The translations under genes and the position numbers were made by a program. A stretch of 64,000 bases of DNA from IMG/VR virus record IMGVR_UViG_3300023179_000085, positions 9,441 through 73,440 of that record; one strand, 5' to 3'. The notes below the pieces were generated by a model. That model saw only the letters and a list, made by a program, of their open reading frames with translations. It made no database searches and was not told the DNA's origin. Each line of letters opens with the position of its first letter. Positions within the stretch are counted from its first letter, which is position 1. The DNA is from a virus. Shown here in pieces: positions 44,109-58,561 of the stretch.

Positions 44109-47100
44109 ATGTCAATGAATAAAGAGTCCTTTGACTATATAAAGTCAACATTTGCTACACAGCAGCTCTTACTTGACTATGTAAAAGAAATACAATATCT
44201 TAAAACTAATGCGTCAACCGATGACCCAGTAACTGGGTCTGCTTCTTACGCTAACTTAGTAAGATTATTCACCAAAACTGGTTCTGAGGTAGACGCTGAA
44301 GGAAACACTGCATCCTACAATGGATCCAAACTGCCGTCAGCTAAAAAAATAATAATACCAGATTCAAAAGATTTAATTTGGGTTTCATTAAGAAAAAAAC
44401 TAATTGAAAAATCGGTACAGGCTTTTGATTATAGTGTTGACTCTGTAACAGACGTTCATATTAGGGAGTATTTAAAGAAACATTTTGATAACTCTCTACC
44501 GGATCCCAAGTCAAATGTTTCAATTGATGATCCAGTTTTTAATAACGCATGGAAAAAATATTATGAAGATTTTGATAATGTTAATAGTATATTTGGCTCT
44601 CCTTACAACGGAGCCCAGCAGGTCGTTCTAACTTTTACAGACGCCGTAATTAGCAGACTAAGCACGTTTGACTTATCGAAACAAGCTCCCCCCATTGATA
44701 CTGAGGAGCCGCCACCCGCAGATGCAGATCTGCCTGTTGATGTAATGCCTGATTCTGAGAGGCTTGAAGCCTTGCGAGAATTTTTAAGCCATGGTGGTAT
44801 GACCGGCCCTGCTGGTGACTCAACAGCGACTCTTATCTTAAATGTAATAGAAAGAAATAGTTTATTAAACCCGGCAAAATACGCCGATCAAACTCGGTGA
44901 TACGTATAGATTATTCGTATCTGCCTTAGCTCCAAATTATGATAAGATAAAAGATCTTATCAGAGATGAAAATCTTTCAAAGAGTCTGTTTAATAAAATG
45001 GATTCTTCTGGCATATTTGACTTATTAATTCACGTTGATGCGATAAGAACATATGGTAGAAAGAGATTTGCTAATGTAGCGAAAGTCAAAGCAAGCGCTT
45101 CTTCTCTTAGTGTTTTGGATGGCGCAAGGGATACCATATGGCTTACTGCTCTAAGTAATGCTCTTATAAATCTATCTAGGGATCCAATTCTACTTGCAAG
45201 TATATATAATTATTTTCCTGATCTAGCAGCGTTTTTCTTTAACTCCCTCGCGCTAACCGCTGATTATTCAAATGACGGAAAAGGTGGTGGCTCGGAAGAT
45301 AGATTAAATGATCCGCAAGAAATATTAAATGATTTAATGACCGCTTTTGGTCAAGTAAATGGTGTAAATGTATTTGAGGGCGCTTGGGATCTTATAAATA
45401 CTGGCAAGAGAATAGAAAAGGCTTTAAGAGAGTTTCCTTTTAGGCAAAACATTCCTCCAGCATCTCCAGACATATTTCATTTAAGATTAGGTGCGTCTAA
45501 CTTTTATGTTCCGCCTATTAACATAGATGTTCAAACTCAATTTAAGGTAAGTAGCTTGGGCGAAGGGGCTCTGCGTCAAAAAAACACGCCAAAGTTTAAC
45601 GCCGGCTACAAACATACGACTATATCAATGCAATTGTTTTTTCCGAACTATGAAGAAATCTGGGGCATTTCCATAGATGAAGCTTCTAAGATAAGGCTTA
45701 AGGATAATTTTACAATTGATTTTAGTGGCGAGGGTGACAACGATGAAAAAATAGATAAGTTTCTTTCATCATTGAGAGGACTTGTTGCAGCGTTTAAGTA
45801 CGCTCCATTTTTGCCAATAAGAAATCAATATCTAAACTCAGTGTATGGAATTACTGGTGTGGCATTACACAGTATGTCAATATCAACAATACCGAATTAT
45901 CCGTTTGCTCTTGTTGTTAATTTAAATCTGTATAACTTCAACCACAAACCATTCCTTCCAATGATCAATGATTTTAATCAAGCAGTTCACTGGGGTAAGT
46001 TTAGACAGTATATGGGTAAAGCAGCTGGCGCCCTTCATAATTATATAAATGAAGAATTCTTAATGGTTCAAGATGACCAAGGTATTAGTGATCCAGTTCA
46101 AAAAGCTTTAGATAAACAGTGGTCATCAGATAGAGATGGTCAAAACCAGCAAGATGGCTCTTCTGATTCAGAAGGTCTTTTGGGCTATAAAAACGAAGTA
46201 TTTACCACCAATGTTATTAGGGAATGGACCAACGGAAGCAACATAACATTCTATGTTCCTCAAGAAACGCAAACAAAAATATTTACTCCAGATTTGTATG
46301 GATTTAAAAATCCGGAAATGGAACTTCTTAGTGACACTTCGAGATCAACTTGGGCAAACCTTTTGGCTAATTTTGGAATTGATATTAATGAATCAGCTAG
46401 CTATGGAAGAAGTCTAGATTCTGTAATCACTACATCAGTTGGAAACATAGTTGAGTATACCGTTAGACAAAAAGTTTTAGATAGCATCGATGTTTTGACA
46501 GCTGGCATAACAGCTGGTGACTTTCAGCAAAAAGCATATTCTTTTTTAATTGAAAGTTTTATAAGACAAAATTCATCTCTGGATTCAGACAGAAAAAGTT
46601 TTTTAAGAAACTTTTCCAATGACGATAACGCATTTACAGAGACATCTCAACAGTACAAGTTCGGAAGTGTAATATTTAAAGATGAATCACTTCTTGATAT
46701 AAAAATATTCTTTAGAAGTAAAGCCTTAAATATTAATTCTTATTTAGATTTTCTAGTGGATGAACAGCTACAGAAAGTTGTTAATAATGTTGGAACCGAT
46801 TGGTCAGATGATAAAAAAGAATCTGAAAGAGAAAAAATTAAAAAACAATACGGCGACGCATACTCCGCTTTAGTTTATGAAAGATTCTTTAGAGCAGGCC
46901 CCATAAGAGATCTGATGGAAGCCGCTAGACAAAGAGCGGGAAGCTTTCATTTAAGAGAATGGGAAGTCCCAATGGTGAGGGTGGATATCGACCCCACTGC
47001 AGCCATCGTAACAGATGTGTCAATTTCCATGAGCAATAATATTATTCCATTACAAGTCCAGATGCTAGAAGAGCCTACTTATCAACACGTGGGCGGTGGA

Positions 47101-50100
47101 GATAACTATATAAATATATCCTTAAAAGTTTTTGGAGAAAAGGAATTAATAAAATTAAGAAAAATATTTGAACATATTAACGGCTTAGCTCGATTAGAAC
47201 ACGCGGCGGGCGTAATGGGATTTATGGGCATAAAGAATATTGTAACGGCACTTGCTGGTGTAAAGTATGTTCTTCCGTTGTCCTTTAGTGTATCGACAGT
47301 GCCAAATTTTCCACACGTTTATGATGTAGCAATAAGGCTAGTTGATTTTGATATTTTCCAACAAAAAAGAGAAAAACTATCTTCTGACCAACAGAAGAAA
47401 CTTATTGAAGAGTTTGGAACAAAAAAGAATCCATTTTTAAGAATTAAACAACTTTGGGGAGCCTTTAATGCTTACCCGGATTTTCCACTTGAACTTAGAA
47501 ATAAAGATGGGGAAGTTGTAGGATGTTTAGATCCTGATTTTTATTTCAGATCTTTTGAAATGTTAGATAAAGATGTTGTTAATAACATAACAAATAATAA
47601 AGGTAAATTAGCAAAACTAAATATAGAAGCGGTTGATCTTTCAGGAAAAATAAAAGTAGTTACTCCATATGGTGGAACCGAATATAAAAATGAAAATATT
47701 CTTTCTATATTCAAACAGTATATTAACAAAAATGATCTCATAGGATTGAAGCGTTACGCAAAAACAACTCTAAACCTTAACTCATCGCAGGTAGCTTCAT
47801 TTATTGTTGAAGCGCTCAAAACGGAAGATAATGAAAGATTTCTTCTTGACTATGTTGATACTTTGGAAGAAAGTGATTTTCCAAATGATTCAGTAGCAGA
47901 TTCAGCTTTTAAGATAGTGTCTGGTCAATTAAAACTTGGGGATATTTCATCAAAAGATCCAGAAGCAGCAGCAAAACTGCAAGCCGCTCTTTCTGGAAAA
48001 AATGGTAATTCAGAAGAAGATAAGTATATAAGCTTTAATCCAGACGAACTCGATGCGCACGCCATCATACACACATTCCCGGCAGTAGAAAACCCAAACG
48101 ATTCAAAAATACCTTCCATAATGCAAACAGCTGATGGATATCAATTTGGCTATATAGATAAAGTTAACGGAAAGTTTTACTTAACGATAGACGACGTTGC
48201 TGTTAAAAAAGACGCTTCTGTAAACTACATAGGAATAACAGACATACAAACTCCAGACAGAGGAACCACAAAAAGCTTGACGGGTGTTCCTGGAGCTAAG
48301 GCACTTTCGGAATATCAATATGCGTTTTCATCTGGTGACTCCTCCAAACCGCAAACAATGCAAAATGCAAACAATGCAAAGTCAACATCTGAGCACTGGG
48401 AAAAAATGATGCTAGATACATCCTACAGAGATATATCTGGAAGAATGGTCAGAGCATTTCCAACTTATATGTTGTGGTTAATTTCTGAACGATCTTTTGC
48501 CGGAACGAAACTTTTTGATAACTTTTATGGGCTACAATCAATAATAGATTTTTCTATAGTTTCTTCTGAGGATATACTTGGTGATACGCTCGTATTCAGA
48601 GTTTCGAATATGTATTCAAAACTTTCAACAAAAGAAATGACGGCAATTTTCAATGGAGGTATTGGGGAGCAGGAATCAAAACCAGGTGTAGATAAACTTT
48701 CTCTTACTAACGGAATGGAAGCAGTTATCGACAGAACTCTTAATACGGCAAGAAATATGTTAGGCCATATGGAGTCTCAGTACGTGGTTGACATTGAAAA
48801 CATAAGATTAAAACCAGGAGTAAGAGTTCATCTAAGAGTTGGCTACGGTTCAAATCCAAATTCTCTGCAGACAGTTTTCAATGGAGTAATAACAGAAGTC
48901 GAACTTGGAGAAGTTGTAACCGTTACATGTCAATCAGACGCAATAGAATTAAGTCCAGTTGTTAATTCCGTTGACAAAAAAGGTGACAGTGGCAAAATTG
49001 ACGGTGGTTTAAACACTGGGCTTTATCTGTCTGAACCAAGAGACTTGATGGTAAGACTCCTTTCTATGGGTAGTTCAAGAGTAAGAGAAGCGTTTGCATA
49101 TGCGACTAGGGGTATGATTTTCTCCGAAAATAAATTTCGGAATTAGACACTTTGGCATGATGCCGTACGAAGCGCTTAATGAAATAGAATATAACAGAAA
49201 TCTTGGAATCAGAAATGCAGTAAGCGATACGTTACTGGCCATGGGAAATGCGGGTGGTGATGGGCCAATAAGTTCTGCAGCAGGAATGACCGGAGCAGGT
49301 ATTTCTCAGGTTGCTGGTGCCTTAAACCCGTTTGGCGATAACACTAATCAAACTGGTATTTCTCTAGGTGCAAACTTTAGAATACCAACTCTTGGGTATA
49401 TGAGAACCATGTGGGCAAATTTTGCAGCGCAAAGAGATTTAGAAATTTTTAAAAGAAATATATATCCTGGTAATGGAACAGGCGTTGCTCAATTCTTAGG
49501 TGGCGATCTTGGTGATGGTTGGTCAAATGCAGCTACGCTAACGCCCGAAGATAATCCAAATCCTCGTCTTCATTACCTAGATAGGCTTACGGATGCATCT
49601 TGGAATGATCTACTTAGGAGATATAATTCTGGTGAAACAGCAGCAAGTGCCGCAATAGACGTTGCTAATAGCGGAAAAGAATCGAGATCAAGTGGTGGTA
49701 TAGCCTCCGTCATTCTTAGTGGCACTCTACTTGCTGCTGGCACCGCATTGGCGGTAGGTACGGGTGGATTGGCTCTTCCAGTAATAGGTGCAACCACTGC
49801 AGCTTTTGGTGGTGCCACATTACTTGGTTCACTTTCTGGTCGTGGTGGAGCAAACATATTCCAAACACTTGGGTTAATAAGCACTCTAGACGATGACATG
49901 CCAGGGTTTGACGAAGTTTCATTTAGGGCCCAAACTTACATGAAAACCGTATGGGATATGTTCCAGCTTTGTGCACGCCTACTTCCCAACTACATAGTTG
50001 CCGTTCGTCCTTTCGAAGATAGGTCTACAATATTTTATGGAAAGCCACATTGGCTTTATACATCTGGCGTGGTACCAATAACAACAGGGTTTCCTTCTGA

Positions 50101-53100
50101 AAAGAAAGCTGTTGAAATGGGATTAAAAACCCCATCCTATAGAAGTCCAGACGCAGAATTATTAGATCTTTTAAACAAGATTAATCAATCATCCAATCCA
50201 ACTGCAGACTACGAAGCATTTAGAACCATACAAAGTCCGCTTCTTAGTTTGGAGCAAATAGCTAGAGATCAGTCGCTGGCTGCAAATATATATGCACCAG
50301 CTGGTGTTCTCAAGGGTAGAGTTATAAACCTAACCGATCCAAAAAGACTTCAATATTTAAACAATGAAAAAAATAAAGTTGTTTCAGAAATTCCGATAAA
50401 CAAAGGTTATGCAACGGTGGGGTTCCACTTACCAATAACTACGGATAGAGACAAAATACAAATATCGGTAAGTGATCTTCAAAGTGTACACCAAGAAATT
50501 CCACAACTACCATTAAGATATTCTTTCCCCTATTTTACAGATAGGGCTTCTGGTGCAGTCTTATTGGATTATCCATTCTATGCCCTTTCGCATAACAGGG
50601 ACATAAAAAACGCCAGCTTTGAAAAGGGAGGTTCAGATTGGAAAAAACTTTATTCAGATGAAACTTATATTAATCTTTTAGCTTATGAAGCTCAATTAGT
50701 CGGAACAACTCCTTTGGTTGATGTTATTCAAGGTAGCACAGATGATAAGGTTGAGTTTTCCATAAAACTTGATGCAATTTCTTTTACAAATTCTCTTGAT
50801 AAAAACACCCTATTGAGCGCAGAAAATTCCATATTCGATATAGTTGAATCAACATCTGATAGTAAACTAAAGGCTTTTGTCAGAATGCCGCTACCGTCAA
50901 TGAGAAACGAAGTTTCTAAAGTAACCTCAAAACTTGAAGGAAGCTGGGAGTACGAATATATAAATACAAGTAAAATAATTTCTTCTAGCAAGTTTAGCTA
51001 TAGAGATTGGGGATGTCCAGAAACCGCAATTGATGAACAGTTTTACATTGCAATGAGATGGCCATATGATATAACTGACGGAGACACGGATGATGAAGTG
51101 TTTAAAAAATTTAAAGAAAAATATTTTAAAGATAGAAAAGATAATGAATTTTATGGCAAACCATCTGACTACAAGCAAAGAAAAGTTTTAGTATATAGTC
51201 CAATAACTAGAACAGCTGTTGTATGTAAACCGGCATTTTTTATGTGGGGAAAAAATGATGAAGTTGATACATACATTTCTACGGCAGAGGGATCAAAGAT
51301 TATATCAAATAGTATATCTGCAATTGTTTCCCCTGATGCCGCCTACTACCTAGGAATGATGCACTTAAGTGCACTAGAAAGACCAGGGGATGGTGGTGGA
51401 AACTTTCAAGCAGTAATAAATAAATTTGATAATGAAATAGCTCAGAAATCAGCAACAAGTTTAGCAAAATCTGGACTAGCGCCAGTTCCAATTCCAAGAG
51501 AATGTTATTACACGTTTGTAAATGACGATACTCCACTTGGTGTTGTGACAACAATGTATAATCCAGCGAATGAATTTAGTCTTACAGAAGAAGCAAAGCA
51601 GGCTTTTGGCGATTCTTCTATGGTGGTTGGCTTTGGTCGATTTGACGCATCTCAAGCAACTAGTAAAAAACTTATGGCAGAACTTGTGAGCGCTGGTTCA
51701 CTATATAGATCTGGAGTCATAGGCGGATCTGCGGATTCGGTAGAAAGACAAGTAGAAGCATTAAATTCGAATCCAAATAGTGCGTTAAGTAGTATATTTA
51801 AAGAATTAGCTCCAGTTGGTGGTGTCAATCTTCTTACAGATGGCGATTTTGCTATGGCCGCCGCAAGAGGAGCAAACCTATTGCCATCACAAAACGGTAA
51901 CGATGGATATTTTGATTTAGTGCTATCAGCTAAGTATGATAAATTGTCAAAAGATAAACTTTGGGACATTCTTGATAGCGAACTTCCTACTACTGGTGAC
52001 GACAGTGGGAGTGGAAGAGTCCAATATGCAGCCGTTTGGGATCCGCTTGATGAAACATCAAATCAAGCTAGAGCTTTTTACGATGAAGGCTCTAATTCTT
52101 CAGTCCACGTAATTGCTGGAGATGGAAGGACACTGTCTCAAGCAAACGACATATGGGATCAATTTAGATTTGGTTATCATAATTACGAATCAGTTAAAAA
52201 AATATTTTTTGATGCTTTTGGTCTTGATCCAGATGATGATACACCAGTACCAGAAACAATAATGCAAGTTATTAAGAATCCAAATTCAAACCCAGAAATT
52301 ATAAAAAAGTATGCCTCCTCAGGCAATGGTGCAATCGATGAATTCGCGCTTCTTCTTGGAAGTGATTTTATTAATCAAAAAACACCACAGTATGACGTAA
52401 CTCCTTATGGCGCTGCAATTAGAAAAGATCAAAATAATAAACCAATTGTTAGCAAACAGGTTGATGAAGCTATAGAATACGCTAGGAGAAATTTAATAGA
52501 TGCTTCCTTAGATCAACGGCGGTTTAATAAATTACTTTAACGGCTTAATAGTTTCAAAATATAAACAGTTAGGCAAGTTTTTTCAAAACGCAAGTAACAT
52601 AAGTCTTATTACTGGGCAAACCGTTGGTGGTGGTTTGATTAAAGTTTCTCAACTATTGGAAAAAACACAAACAAAATCACTTAGCGCCAAACAATTGTTT
52701 TTGTTAATAGTTGGCCTATTTAGGCAGGCCATGTGGCAAGACCCCTATGCAAGAGCGTGGTTAGTTCTTAAACCATCTAGAAAAATAGGAATTGGATTTG
52801 GTTCATGGGGAGATGAATGGGATTTTCATTCAGTAGATAAAATATTTGCTGCGTTTATTGATCCAAATCAAAATTATTCTTCTGATAAAAAGAAGTTTTT
52901 AAAACTTCTTGCAGATAATAAAGGAGAAGGAAATAGCGCAACAAATTTTGTTGGCGTATTAGCTCACAACGTAGATTCTTTTTGGGATTCTAATATAGGA
53001 CCTTTGTTTACCGCACTTAGCGATGGATTAAGCGGACTCATGAATATGTTCAGGATATCCATGATGCAAATGGGTTATCAGCTATCTGAAGTTGACAACT

Positions 53101-55430
53101 TTGCTAAACAAGCAAATGTTTTAAATAAGGTTCTTAATGATTCAATCTACTATTCAATGGGTAGACCTGGCTCAATATTAAGAGCAGTTGATAATCCATT
53201 TACCAGAGAATATGGAGAACCAGTTGTTGAAGTTAGAGAACCATTCCAAAGAATGCACTACATTAGTTCGTTCTCAACTATATTAAATAATAACATACAA
53301 GAGACAACAACAAACGTTGCAACGTCAATAACAGCAGTTTCTGATGGTAAATATCCAGTTACAGTTGCTTTAGATAAGAGCATCCCATCTGAAAGACAAG
53401 TGGAAAAAACTATTGAAACTGGATTATATTTTGATAATCTTTTTGGTTCTGGAATAACTGGGTTGATACATCCAATTGTAAACCCAATAGAATTTTCCAG
53501 AAGCGCCATAAAAACAACACAAGGCGCACCAGATGAACTAATGGCAAGAAGAGTTGCTCTTTCACATTTGAGAGAATCATTAAAAGATATTTATTCTGGA
53601 GAACTAATTGTATTAGGCAGCGCTGACATAAGACCACATGATCTTGTTTACTTAGCTGACGTCTATGAAAGAATGTATGGAATATTTGAAGTAGAACAAG
53701 TTGTTCATCATTTTACTCCGAATATGGGTTTTGTAACTTCAATTACGCCAAACGCATTTGTAACGGTTAACGATCCAGCCAGATGGTTTATGTCCTCATG
53801 GATGCACTCATGGTTTTCTATACAAAATATAAGAAATGACACTAGAATGATAATGAATTCAGTGCAGGCAGGAAGCACTGGAATATTGTCTAATGGAAAT
53901 ATTTCGGTTGATGGGTTGGCGCAGTCTCTGCGTGTGCAGATGCTCGGCGGTGTTCAGTTCACGCACGGATCAAGCGCTTTGAGTAAAGATATTATGGCCA
54001 ATTTTACCGCAGAGGGCTTGTTCGACGCTAGAAGCCAAGTGGAACAGCAGTTGAAAGCAAACGCAGACGCGAATGTGAGCTTAACCGGACTTGCAGCAAT
54101 GTACGCTACAACAACTCTCGGTTCAGCTGCGGTTGGCGCATTGGTCGGTGGGCCAATAGGAGCCGGTATTACTGCAGCAATTACTACCGACTTAATGTGG
54201 AAGGGCTGGAAATGGGTTAGGGATAATGTTTTGGATCAACATGGTTGCTACATATCATACTTAAATAGAAACGGTCAACCAATGGACGCAGGGCTTTCTA
54301 TTAATCAAGGTATGGTTGTTGGCAGATATCACACCAAGAGACTCCTCCCGGGAATACTGGGAGTGCGCTCTAAAGTTAGAACAATAGATGGTAGCGCATT
54401 TGTGACTTATGATGAAATGTTAAAAAATATGGGTTGGAAAGAAAAACAAATATCGTCGCTAGTTAGAAATATTAGCTTAGAAAATGCTCTGGTAAATGCA
54501 GAAGTGTTAAGGTATTCTGGAACAGGTCCAGATAAAGCTGGATTTAATCAATTTTTTAAAGTTTTATGTAAGTTAAATAAGGTTGTTGACGGAGATGAAA
54601 TAGAGGTTATAGATATGCTTAACCCGCAAGCTCCTCCATTTAAGGTGAGATTAGAAGGAATTATTGCATCTAACCTGGGAGTTTTCCAGGGGTACGTTAA
54701 TACTTCTTTTGTTGAAGGAATTAATATTGATTCACCTGGCGCACAATCAGCTTTATTTGTTTATGATAAATTATCACAAACTCCTTTTGTGATTAGAATA
54801 TCCCCCAACGATCTATCTGCTGCGTCTATTTATACAGAAGATGATGTTTCGCCTGGGTCTAAATTTAACAATACTCGTAGCTACTTAAAGGGCAAATATT
54901 ACGGTGATCAAGAAGCAGAGAAGTCTCTTGGAACAGTGTTTTACAGATTAATAGAAAATGATCTACAAGATATTATTTTGCGCGTAAGAGGTTTATTTTT
55001 GGATAACCAATCAGCGACTTTAGACACTATAAAACAAAAATTTAAAGAACAAATTTATCCAGATTCTATTTTGTATAAAAAATTTGATGTTATATATTCA
55101 TCAATATTTACTTCAGAATTAAAGGAATATTTTGAAGTAACTGGATCATCAGACCCTTTGATAGATTTACCAAATGATAAAATAAAAATGTTTAATACTT
55201 TAGTAAGTTTTAAAGTAATGGAAACTCTCTACTCAAAGGCTTCGGAATGGCCATATGTTGGTTGGGATGAGTACTATGATGATGGCGGAGCTGCTACATT
55301 AAACTGGGAGTTAGTAACAAATAATCTCGCTCAAGTTTATACCGTAGATCTTCTTAGGAGTAGGCCAGCTGAAATAGGTTTAGATGATCAAATACCAGGT
55401 CTAAAATACATTGAACAAAGGTCAAGCTGA
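44109..55430 (+). CDS. Giant baseplate hub-like protein (~3772 aa) rebuilt across CGG +1 sites at 44895, 49138 and 52517; C-terminal SNase-like fold
   Basis: Four ORF pieces join stop-free. Hub (gpD/gp27-type) motifs IRLKPGVRVHLRVGYG..VFNGVITEV..VTCQSDAIEL and YSGELIVLGSADIRPHDLVYL..FEVEQVVHHF..GFVTSITP. KVVDGDEIEV..VRLEGI lies near the C-terminus. Confidence 0.75.
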
Positions 55431-55435
55431 TTGTA

Positions 55436-58182
55436 ATGGATGAATTTGGTTTAAATATAGATGATTTTGAAAATTCTAAATCATTTACTTCAAAAATAGC
55501 TGATGGGTTTAATCCTGGCGGGAGTAATAGTTTAGTTACTTCCGCCTCAAAAGAAAAGTATGTTAATCAGTCTTTGACATCAAGAGATGTAGTTGACATA
55601 ATGGCTGGTCGGAGCGCTTTCAAGAAATCCAGCAACATTGATGGATCTTAATAGTAAATTTGTTCAATCTTCTCTTCACGGAGTATTAACAGCTGGCGCA
55701 AAGCACGAAGCGTTTGAGGTTCCAAATCCAGATTATCAAGGCAATGAGGGTGAGAATCCAACGCTTTCTGGTTCTGAAGCTTATATGAAAACTATTTCTC
55801 AATCAATGATGGGTACAGGGCTTGCTCCATCAAGAATGCCAAATCCAATTTTAGAAAAAATGATGGGTGACGTAGGAAAAAATAAATCTGTTTCTTATAT
55901 TGGAGAATCAAATGGGGCTTTTTATAAGCACAATAATATAGTCTATGAACTAAAGCAAAATGCTCCTTCACTTGGTTCAAGGCCAGTGGCTATTATCGAT
56001 GAGTTGTCTACAGAAGAATCGCAAATTTATTTAGAAAGAGGTAAAGAACTTCACTCTAGAATACCAGATAATGCACTTACTCTTGGTTTTGAATTTGATA
56101 TACCCAACACACTTAGCTCATATAAATTCTCTCAAACAAAATCGTACTATCAAGATTCAGCGGAAGCCATGCGGTGTTGATCCAGCATTGATAAGCGCTC
56201 CGAGCGCAAGGGCTTACGTAAGTGCTGCATTAATAGAGTGTTTGCTAATGTTAACGGATCCAACAAAGGGTGTTGAAATTAAAGGAAGATTTGGCCTTAA
56301 AAGAGCAATTTTATCAGAAGACGATGCATCTCAAAGAAATGTTAATCCTACTAGCGGAATAGATCAAAATAACACAAATACAATATCAGATCACGTATTT
56401 GGTAGAGCTTTTGATATTGACGCAATTGGTTCGTTCGCTAATCTTGGTAAATCAAAAGAACATTACGCTTCGTCTCTGCATTATGTTTTATCTAGACTAA
56501 ACACTCTGCCAATGCAATTGATCCCAGATTTAATTGTTTTTAGTCCAGATGTTGCGAAAGATCTTGGCGTTGGAGAAGGGTTTGAATCCGAAAGCACGCC
56601 CATAAAAACTATGTATCCCAATTTGAAGTTTGTCAATTTTGAATCCGCATCTGAGCACAAAGATAATATTCATATTAGCTTTAGCCCAGATAGGGGAGGT
56701 CAGTATATAGGATCTCCTGGTTGGGTTAGTAAACAGGGTTCACAACAAGGAGAGTCTTCAGTCCCAGTAAATACAGAACAGGATATATCTGCAGCAAAAC
56801 AGAAGGCTCTTACTAATTATAAATCTGGGGGACCTGATATATCTTTAAACGAATTTTTTATATTACTTTCAAGCGAAGGACCCTTTAGTGAAGAGGTCGC
56901 TGCAATATTGTGTGCAGTGGCCGCAAGAGAAAGTGTCGGTAAACCGTCTTCCTTTAATGGCAAATGCGGTGAAACATCCACTTCTTGGACTGGTGATTAT
57001 TCAATCGGCTCTTTCCAATTTAATTTGATTGCATTAATGAACAAATCAAATAACACTTCTTCGAATGTTCCCATATATTATAACGGAACGGCGGTTGACC
57101 CAAAACTCTATCCAGCACATGAACTAGCTTACGTTCCAGCAAAAACAAATGGCTGGGATTCAAATGCAACAGGCAAAAAAATGATAGAACTACAAAACAA
57201 TGGTAAAGCCGATACAGATGATAAATTATGGTATCCGATAAACCAGATATGGATGCTTATGACAAAATGGGGAAGGGTTGATTTTAAAAATCAATCGAAA
57301 ATTACAACGTCAAACGGATTTGCAGCTTGGGGAGATTACAATAATAGAGATGGAACCCCCAGGTCTGAATGTGGTTTTATTTTTAAGACAAAATTCCAAG
57401 ACGCAGTAAACGTTTATCTGACTTCTGGTAAACCGATAGACACTCTTACTACTTGGGTTAGAGAAAATCTACCCAAAGCTAATCCAAGAACAAAGGATTT
57501 TATTGAAAGTTGGATGAATGGTGATGTATACCGTGACAAAAAAGTTGATGGGATACTCAAAGATGAGGCAAGCAGCAAACCAATTAATTATGGGCAAGCT
57601 CAAACACCTGAAACAGCTGATGGTTCAAATAATTCAAACGAATCTGCAACTTTTACAAGAGGTCAAATTTTTGATGCCGCTAACTGGCTTAAGCAGAATC
57701 GAATTCCAACTTGGATAAGTAAATATAGACAAGATTTGATAGAAAACGGTGTTGCTAATTTCCAATGCGACAGGTTTGCAAGAGTTCTTTCCGCATCTGT
57801 CGGTTTATTCGCAGCCGCTGAAACCAATCTTACAACTCAAGCATGGGAGGGTGAAGCTTTCAAGACTACAGTGCCCACGCAGACGCTGAGAAACTACGAA
57901 ACTGCTGAAGCACACTGGGAAGATATTAAAAATAATGGAACAGAAAATAAACAATGGTATTCCGCTGATTCTGAAACCGGCAAAAATCCTCCGGCTGGAT
58001 ACTTGGTTTTCTGGACTGGCGGTAAAGATGAGTACGGCCATGTTGGAGTTTCTGTTGGTGGTGGAGAATATGTTGACCAGCATACTAGCACAGAAAGACC
58101 AAGCCCAAGAAAGATAAATTACGCAACGTTTCCGGGCGGTCAATATGCCTATGCTGGATGCTCAAGTGTCTGGTCTGTTTAA
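55436..58182 (+). CDS. Tail-associated multi-domain peptidoglycan hydrolase (~914 aa): M15-like peptidase, transglycosylase-like and CHAP/NlpC-like domains; CGG +1 sites at 55610 and 56172
   Basis: SDHVFGRAFDI..HKDNIHISF; AVAARES..SIGSFQFN; QCDRFAR..PPAGYLVFW..GHVGV. Three ORF pieces are joined by skipping C. Confidence 0.7.
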
Positions 58183-58195
58183 TTAGGAGATTATC

Positions 58196-58559
58196 ATGAA
58201 ACATTATCCAAAATTTGATCAAAGACTGAACTCTCATTTAGAGAACCAAAGAATGCAGCAGTCAAGGACTCGTTTGGGAACTGTTATGTCTTATGATAAA
58301 ATAACCAATACGGTTATGGTTGTTATGGATGATAAAATAGCAAATACGGCACGGAAATATATATAGGGCAATACCGTGCCCAACGATACAGGGTGTCCAA
58401 ATGGTTGCGCCTACCACCGGATCACGCTGCGTGGTTGGTTTTAGAGACGACTCAGAGGTATCTCCATATATAATATCTTTTGTTGACGATGGATCTTCAG
58501 TTGGTAAATATGGTCCATCAAATTTTGTTAATACTGGCATACCTAAGTTTATGGTTTAA
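58196..58559 (+). CDS. Baseplate spike/gpV-like OB-fold protein (~120 aa), absent from the ORF track; CGG +1 site at 58352
   Basis: AGGAG RBS and ATG 58196; RLGTVMSYDKITNTVMV..TA-G-NIYRAIPCP..GVQMVAPTTGSRCVVGF; ends TAA 58559, 2 nt before the next gene. Confidence 0.75.
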
Positions 58560-58561
58560 TT

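Noticed and set aside
29969-58559. Pseudogenes of a decaying prophage
   Set aside because: There are no in-frame nonsense mutations or other indel types, gene packing and RBSs are intact, and a single rule repairs every gene.
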